DNA of 64,000 nt, taken from an uncultured Candidatus Poseidoniales archaeon (GTDB lineage Archaea > Thermoplasmatota > Poseidoniia > Poseidoniales > CAYMED01). The stretch is taken from positions 1-64,000 of the forward strand of contig CAYMED010000003.1 in the NCBI GenBank assembly GCA_964389655.1, written 5' to 3'. Position 1 is the stretch's first letter, and each line of letters begins with the position of its first letter. Shown here in pieces: positions 58,831-64,000 of this stretch. Made by a program: the position numbers and the translations under genes. The notes below the pieces were generated by a model. The model saw only the letters and a list, made by a program, of their open reading frames with translations. It made no database searches and was not told the DNA's origin.

Positions 58831-60156
58831 TCAGAACCCCCTTGCCCCTGCTAATGCAGTTGAAAGTAACATATCCGGCTCCCAATCACAGACAAATACA
58901 CCAAGGCTTCGCAATTCATTAATCAATACATTACGCTCCGTTTTTAGGACTTCATAACCCGTGCGATCGATCCTTCGTGCATCAAATTCAAAATCGATGC
59001 TTGAAGGTGAAAGAACAGTCACATCAAATTCTCTTGCTCTAAAATCCCTAAGTGCATTGACGATGGTAGGATCATCCTCTAAACACGATAAGAGTATGAT
59101 GGGGCTTCCCCTATTGATGTGAGGGAGTAATCGGTTTGTGACAATCTGCAAAGGTGTCTTCCCACGTGCTTGTGCACCCGCTAATTTAGTGAGCAAAACA
59201 TAGAGTTGCTTTTTCCCAGTGTCTCGGTCAACTGAGACAATCTCGTCCCCATAAACGACGAGGCCAACGCTGTCTCTTCGAGAAAGAAAATATTTCGCCA
59301 AAGATGCCGCTGCTCGCGTAGCATTAACAAGAGAGTTGCGAGATACGGGACCTGTTTCCGCAACTGAACGGCCATCAATGATGAGGATAATGTCGCTAAC
59401 TGCATCACGTTCTCTTTCATTAACCATCAATTCACCTGATTTCGCATAAGCATTCCAATTGATGGCTCTGAATGTGTCACCCTCAACATACTGACGCAAA
59501 CTGTAGAATTCAGTGCCGGGGCCGGGATTTCGTATTTGGACCGCACCTGTGAATATTTTCGGTACGCGGCTCTTGACGAAGGTATCTTTTAGATCCTCCA
59601 TTTTTGGAAAAATCAAGAAATCATCATACACATGAATCTCTTTTTCTTTGTGAAAAAGTCCAAAAGCATCTTGAATTCGCACGCAAACAGGCCCAAGGCT
59701 GTAAAATCCACGCAAAGGACATTCCAAAGTATATTCTAGAAGTGTTTCGCGGCGGGGCCCGAGTTCCATCAATGCATAATTAGCTCCTTCCTTAATTCGC
59801 ATAACTTCAGGGACTCTATCCCGTATTTCGATTGTTTTTGCAAACCGAGATCGATTTTGAATGCGAACGGTGACACTAATTTGCCCATCCTCAAAAATTC
59901 TTGCTGAAGAGAGGCGTCGCATGGCTGAAACACCAGAAAGAGCCTGTCCTGCTTCATCTAATTCCCCATCATCATCAAGACGACGGCCCGATGAAGCAAC
60001 ATCAGCATGACTAGATCTCCAAGCGGCATATGTGAGGAAAGAGAACAGTACGACGGCAATTGTCACCAATTGCTGATTGCGCAGGGTTAGGCCAAGCAGA
60101 TAGAGGCCCGTCGCAAGGCTTGCGAAGAGTGCCGACTTGCGGCTCCACATCGCCAA
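58831..60156 (-). CDS. DUF58 domain protein (MoxR partner)
   Basis: RG...LGP, D.FGL, G.GTEFYSLRQY..GD..R.INW...A, vWA-like C-terminus. Confidence 0.9.
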   Translation of the reverse strand: MAMWSRKSALFASLATGLYLLGLTLRNQQLVTIAVVLFSFLTYAAWRSSHADVASSGRRLDDDGELDEAGQALSGVSAMRRLSSARIFEDGQISVTVRIQNRSRFAKTIEIRDRVPEVMRIKEGANYALMELGPRRETLLEYTLECPLRGFYSLGPVCVRIQDAFGLFHKEKEIHVYDDFLIFPKMEDLKDTFVKSRVPKIFTGAVQIRNPGPGTEFYSLRQYVEGDTFRAINWNAYAKSGELMVNERERDAVSDIILIIDGRSVAETGPVSRNSLVNATRAAASLAKYFLSRRDSVGLVVYGDEIVSVDRDTGKKQLYVLLTKLAGAQARGKTPLQIVTNRLLPHINRGSPIILLSCLEDDPTIVNALRDFRAREFDVTVLSPSSIDFEFDARRIDRTGYEVLKTERNVLINELRSLGVFVCDWEPDMLLSTALAGARGF

Positions 60157-60190
60157 TCATACCCCCTTAATATATCTCAACTTCCGCACA

Positions 60191-61300
60191 TCACGCTGTT
60201 GGAACAGGAACTTCTCGAAGAATTGTCTGAATAACCTCATCGGGCTCTAAACCTTTGATTTGGTGTTCTGGTTTCAGGATTAAACGGTGGGCGAGAGCAA
60301 GTACTGAAATCGCTTTGACATCGTCAGGAGTTACAAAATCCCTCCCACGCATTGCTGCAACTGCACGTGAACACTTTAGCAAGGCTTGACTGCCTCGGGG
60401 ACTGCTTCCAACTAATACGCGAGGGTCTTCTCGAGTACGTGCAACGATCTCAACAATATACATTCGAATTGCTGCATCGATATACACATCCTCTGTTGCT
60501 TGCTGCATCGCAATAACCCTTTGAGGATCGGTGATAACTTCAACGTCCACTGCATCTTTCTTTCGCGAAACACGGCGGGCTAGAATTTCATCCTCATCTG
60601 CACGATCTGGGTAACCTACACTCATTTTCATCATGAATCGGTCTAATTGTGCTTCAGGGAGGGGGTAGGTACCCTCTTGTTCCACAGGGTTTTGAGTAGC
60701 CATTACGAGGAAGGGGGCGGGGAGCTTGTGAGTTACAGTACCAATTGTAACCTGCTTTTCCTGCATCGCTTCAAGCAGTGCTGCCTGCGTCTTCGGGGGG
60801 GCACGATTGATTTCATCAGCAAGCAATAGATTACAGAAGATCGGGCCCGGCTTGAAAGTAAATTCTCCCTTCTTTGCATCATAGACGTTGGTTCCTGTGA
60901 TATCTGCTGGAAGCAAGTCAGGAGTGAATTGAACACGCTTAAAGTCACAGCCTAGAGCATCTGCAAAACTGTTAGTCATCAGCGTTTTTGCTAGGCCCGG
61001 ATAATCCTCAAATAGAAGATTTCCTGATGAAAGAATATTCACTAGAACATTATCAAGCACGTGGCCCTTTCCGATGATAACTTTGGCTACTTCTGATGTG
61101 AGAGCTGTGCAAATTGCGCCCACGGCCTTTAGTTTCTCACGTACTTCTGCACTTCCCTGATATCCTGAGGGTGGAGAACTGTAACCTGCTTGGACTGGAG
61201 CTGCTGCCATAGGGGGTGGTGCGGCAGCCATTGGTGGCGGGGCAGCCATAGGTGGTGGCGGGGCAGCGGCGGGCGGCATTGGGGGCGGGGGCTGGGCCAT
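60191..61300 (-). CDS. MoxR family AAA+ ATPase
   Basis: EDYPGLAKT, RVQFTPDLLPADITG, ADEINRAPPKTQAALLEAMQE, ATQNPVEQEGTYPLPEAQLDRF. Confidence 0.96.
   Translation of the reverse strand: MAQPPPPMPPAAAPPPPMAAPPPMAAAPPPMAAAPVQAGYSSPPSGYQGSAEVREKLKAVGAICTALTSEVAKVIIGKGHVLDNVLVNILSSGNLLFEDYPGLAKTLMTNSFADALGCDFKRVQFTPDLLPADITGTNVYDAKKGEFTFKPGPIFCNLLLADEINRAPPKTQAALLEAMQEKQVTIGTVTHKLPAPFLVMATQNPVEQEGTYPLPEAQLDRFMMKMSVGYPDRADEDEILARRVSRKKDAVDVEVITDPQRVIAMQQATEDVYIDAAIRMYIVEIVARTREDPRVLVGSSPRGSQALLKCSRAVAAMRGRDFVTPDDVKAISVLALAHRLILKPEHQIKGLEPDEVIQTILREVPVPTA
61190..61295 (-). repeat. degenerate tandem repeat encoding (PPPMAA)n at the MoxR N-terminus
   Basis: MAQPPPPMPPAAAPPPPMAAPPPMAAAPPPMAAAPVQ; repeated ggtggcggggcagcc-like units. 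Confidence 0.8.
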
Positions 61301-61319
61301 ATTTTCATCTCTCCTGTTT

Positions 61320-62993
61320 CTATTCTTTATCCCATCGTCGGATTGTTTTCAGTAATTCTTGAAGTTCTTCATGTGCATAATCACGTTGGCTGTATACCAA
61401 CTCAATCAAGCGTGGATCTGCGATCATCTGCTGCACCTCTGCTGGGGCCTTCAAAGCCATCTGATCACGCGTTAGGTCATAACGGAGTCGGACTGTTGTG
61501 AAAAGCGCATCCCTCACTCGCTGTTTATAATCAGCGGGCGCTATTTTGTTTGGGCGCTCTCTAAATCGCGTAAGATCAAACACGTGTCGCCAATTTTCCT
61601 TGGCAGGGACGATCATTATCCCAAGAAGTATCAAAAGCATAAGATTTCCTAGGATTAGCCATTTTAGCCACGCATCTGAAGTAACCAAAACCACTGTGCT
61701 CATTGCCTCTACAAAAGGTGAAGATACGGCATTTGATGCGTGCCTGCTTTCATCAAATACGATGTTAAAATTCTCTTGATTGCGCATAATCTGTGCATTA
61801 ATTACGTCTTCATCTGCTAAGAACATGTCCTCAATAAGCGCTCGGAAATATTCTTCATTCCCAGTCCATGTCTTACCACCTGCTTTTGTCCAACAACGGC
61901 GTTGGTCTTGGCCAGTACGGTATAGTGAACAATCATCCATAAAGCCCGCTGCAGTAGCCGAATCACCATCCCACATCATATTGCTAAATGATTCATCATC
62001 CGCAACAAAGACAATACTTCCAGTGACTTCAATCTCAGCTTCAGTGTTATTTTTGTCAATGTCAACACCGATAGCTTTCGAATAGTCTATTCTGACAATG
62101 AGGGCATGCTCTTGAGCAGTTGTAGAATCACTCCAATCAGTTTCTTTGCCCAATTTCATTACGGCATACGCTGAAGGTACTGCCAATTCATGCAATGTAC
62201 GAGTTACGCCTGCTGCAATTTCTGCCTCTGTCCCATCTGGTTGAAGAACCTCAATCGAAGTTGGACCATCAAAAAGTACGGGAAGGACGCAATTATCCCT
62301 ATTCTTAGATGATTTCAATGGGTTACTGCAGGGTGAAGTTGCGTTGGCACCCATATCTTCGACATTGCTACGAATTGCTGCTAGGGCCCATACTTGATCC
62401 TCTTCATTGATGCGGTTGTCAGCATCTTCACAGTCACTTACCTTGGCCAGGTTTCGCAAGCATTTTTGATATTGATTTCCATGCGTTGGCCCTTCACCAA
62501 GGTCAAGCCCTGTAAATTGGAGGCCAAAACGATCTGCAATCATTCTTGAATTTGAACCATCACCTGCAATAATTACCTTCCCCCCGCGATTTACGACAAA
62601 GTCGTAAATCAAATCCGCTTCAGCTTGATCAAAGGGTTTCTCTGGGCTGATAATAACCAACAATGTTCTGTGAGGTTTAAGCCAGTCATTTACGAGCATC
62701 GGGGTTGACATCGTGTTTGCAATGTTGTGTTGACCATATGTCAAAAAAGAGCAATCACTGATTGCTTCTGGAGGGCACTCACCGAGAGATTCCTTCATCT
62801 CTGTTAATTGAAGATCGGAAAATGGCACATTTGTCGAACCAATCATAGAAGTATCTGTGGAATAAGCACTGTAAGTGGAGGCTTGCCCTGCGGTTGTCAT
62901 CATGATGGCAATTGATGATAAAAGTAAGACCACAACAAACGAAATCATCGCCCATTGCTGGAGGCGATCTTTCTTCACTTGTTCTTCTGACAT
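61320..62993 (-). CDS. DUF4350-like membrane-anchored extracellular protein of the MoxR operon
   Basis: N-terminal TM, LVIISPEKPF...EA..I..FV..GG.VIIAGD, G.IVFVAD...F.N, VFDESRH, second TM. Confidence 0.75.
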   Translation of the reverse strand: MSEEQVKKDRLQQWAMISFVVVLLLSSIAIMMTTAGQASTYSAYSTDTSMIGSTNVPFSDLQLTEMKESLGECPPEAISDCSFLTYGQHNIANTMSTPMLVNDWLKPHRTLLVIISPEKPFDQAEADLIYDFVVNRGGKVIIAGDGSNSRMIADRFGLQFTGLDLGEGPTHGNQYQKCLRNLAKVSDCEDADNRINEEDQVWALAAIRSNVEDMGANATSPCSNPLKSSKNRDNCVLPVLFDGPTSIEVLQPDGTEAEIAAGVTRTLHELAVPSAYAVMKLGKETDWSDSTTAQEHALIVRIDYSKAIGVDIDKNNTEAEIEVTGSIVFVADDESFSNMMWDGDSATAAGFMDDCSLYRTGQDQRRCWTKAGGKTWTGNEEYFRALIEDMFLADEDVINAQIMRNQENFNIVFDESRHASNAVSSPFVEAMSTVVLVTSDAWLKWLILGNLMLLILLGIMIVPAKENWRHVFDLTRFRERPNKIAPADYKQRVRDALFTTVRLRYDLTRDQMALKAPAEVQQMIADPRLIELVYSQRDYAHEELQELLKTIRRWDKE

Positions 62994-63048
62994 TTCTCTC
63001 ATCTCAAGGAATAACAGCAACGGTGCAGAGTGATGGACTCTCGGTGCA

Positions 63049-64000
63049 CTATTGAAGATTCCCGCAGGGCGTTTTGTCATGCATCAGCAAATTTCGTTGT
63101 CTTCGGTTGTACTGTGCCGTGAAAAGCAAGACTAAAATTGTACAAATTGAGGCGTCATATCGGCCAAGAGATTCTGTTGATGGTGATGATGTATTTTTTC
63201 CAATGGAAAGTTCATCAATCTCTTCCGCATCCCTAATAGCAACAACATCAACTGTAATTTCAACATTATCTGCGACTCCTGAATCACCCGCATCAGCATC
63301 GGCACTAGACCATGCGCGCATTGCAAGACGACATAAAGTGGAGGGATGGGCACTAGAAGGCGTCAGGAATACATTAACGGTCACTACGGAACTGGGATTG
63401 ATGATGAGATCCACTGCATCTTGCTCCCCAGAGATCTCGAGTTGAGGGCAAGACGTATCGCTTTCAATTCGGTCCACTGAGTCCTTTCCATTTCCTTTAT
63501 TTTCGATTTTGAGTGCAATTTCAGCCGATGTTCCAGCAGTAATGGGCCCACCTGGTTCAGACAAGTGCAATTCCAATTGAGTAACTCGAGGAATCTCCGC
63601 AAGCGCTTCAAGTGTCAGAGAATCTTCGCCATAGCCACCAGACACGCCATTTGTACTCACCCTAGTAATTTCAATTTTGAATGAGTCCGTGGTCCCAGCA
63701 TCATGATCACGGACAGTTATGTCTTCGAATATAGCATCGAAGGTCTTGTTTTCCCCACTTTCAAGCGTGAATTCCCTTTCCGCACCATCACCGATTTTTG
63801 CCGAAAATGGTACGTCAAATTCAACACTAAACTGAACAGACCCCGGGCCCCTATTATCCACCCAATATTCTACTTGAAGAGATCCATCGCTACCAACCAT
63901 AAATGCATTCGATTGTTCGACAAAATCAGTATCCCAAGACCCTACTCCTTGTGCAGATACCGTTAAAAAAATACCACTAAGCATCAAAAGAGTGCAAAAG
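63049..64000 (-). CDS. secreted Ig-like (CARDB-like) domain protein; 5' end probably beyond the window
   Basis: V.N.G and I.N.GNG.D Ig-like motifs, hydrophobic N-terminus, C-terminal hydrophobic plus basic tail. Confidence 0.65.
   Translation of the reverse strand, partial: FCTLLMLSGIFLTVSAQGVGSWDTDFVEQSNAFMVGSDGSLQVEYWVDNRGPGSVQFSVEFDVPFSAKIGDGAEREFTLESGENKTFDAIFEDITVRDHDAGTTDSFKIEITRVSTNGVSGGYGEDSLTLEALAEIPRVTQLELHLSEPGGPITAGTSAEIALKIENKGNGKDSVDRIESDTSCPQLEISGEQDAVDLIINPSSVVTVNVFLTPSSAHPSTLCRLAMRAWSSADADAGDSGVADNVEITVDVVAIRDAEEIDELSIGKNTSSPSTESLGRYDASICTILVLLFTAQYNRRQRNLLMHDKTPCGNLQ

Noticed and set aside
768-63966. Numerous short antisense or overlapping ORFs in the six-frame track
   Set aside because: They lie within well-supported genes and have no recognisable motifs; treated as shadow ORFs
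1-64000. CRISPR array, rRNA, transposase, integrase or provirus
   Set aside because: No regularly spaced direct repeats or recognisable mobility or viral genes seen

Overview
Gene-dense archaeal chromosomal segment of roughly 45% GC (estimated by eye). The archaeal markers are Rpo6/RpoK, Hel308 next to Cgi121, PurP, RibL, archaeal endonuclease IV, RqcH and an A1-U72 tRNA-Gln. These sit alongside many bacterial-type aerobic heterotrophy genes, which best fits Marine Group II/III Thermoplasmatota (Poseidoniia); this assignment is an inference. The window holds about 55 CDS and two tRNAs (Gln-CTG, Phe-GAA). I found no CRISPR array, rRNA, integrase or transposase. The best candidate for an undescribed system is a three-gene operon at 15320-19408. 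It encodes two secreted, membrane-anchored beta-sandwich proteins whose predicted mature N-termini are Asn-Pro-x-Gly, each followed by an atypical heme-type motif (CxCH and CxxxCH), plus a DUF2231-like membrane protein. The second gene's motif is missing from the ORF track because the gene apparently starts at CTG. Other highlights are a likely KDN/sialic-acid-9-phosphate surface-glycan cluster, a membrane-anchored animal-type heme peroxidase, two high-GC inserts (one forming a chimeric gene), a bacterial-type RNase PH, and a recurring degenerate TATA-like TTSAW promoter element.
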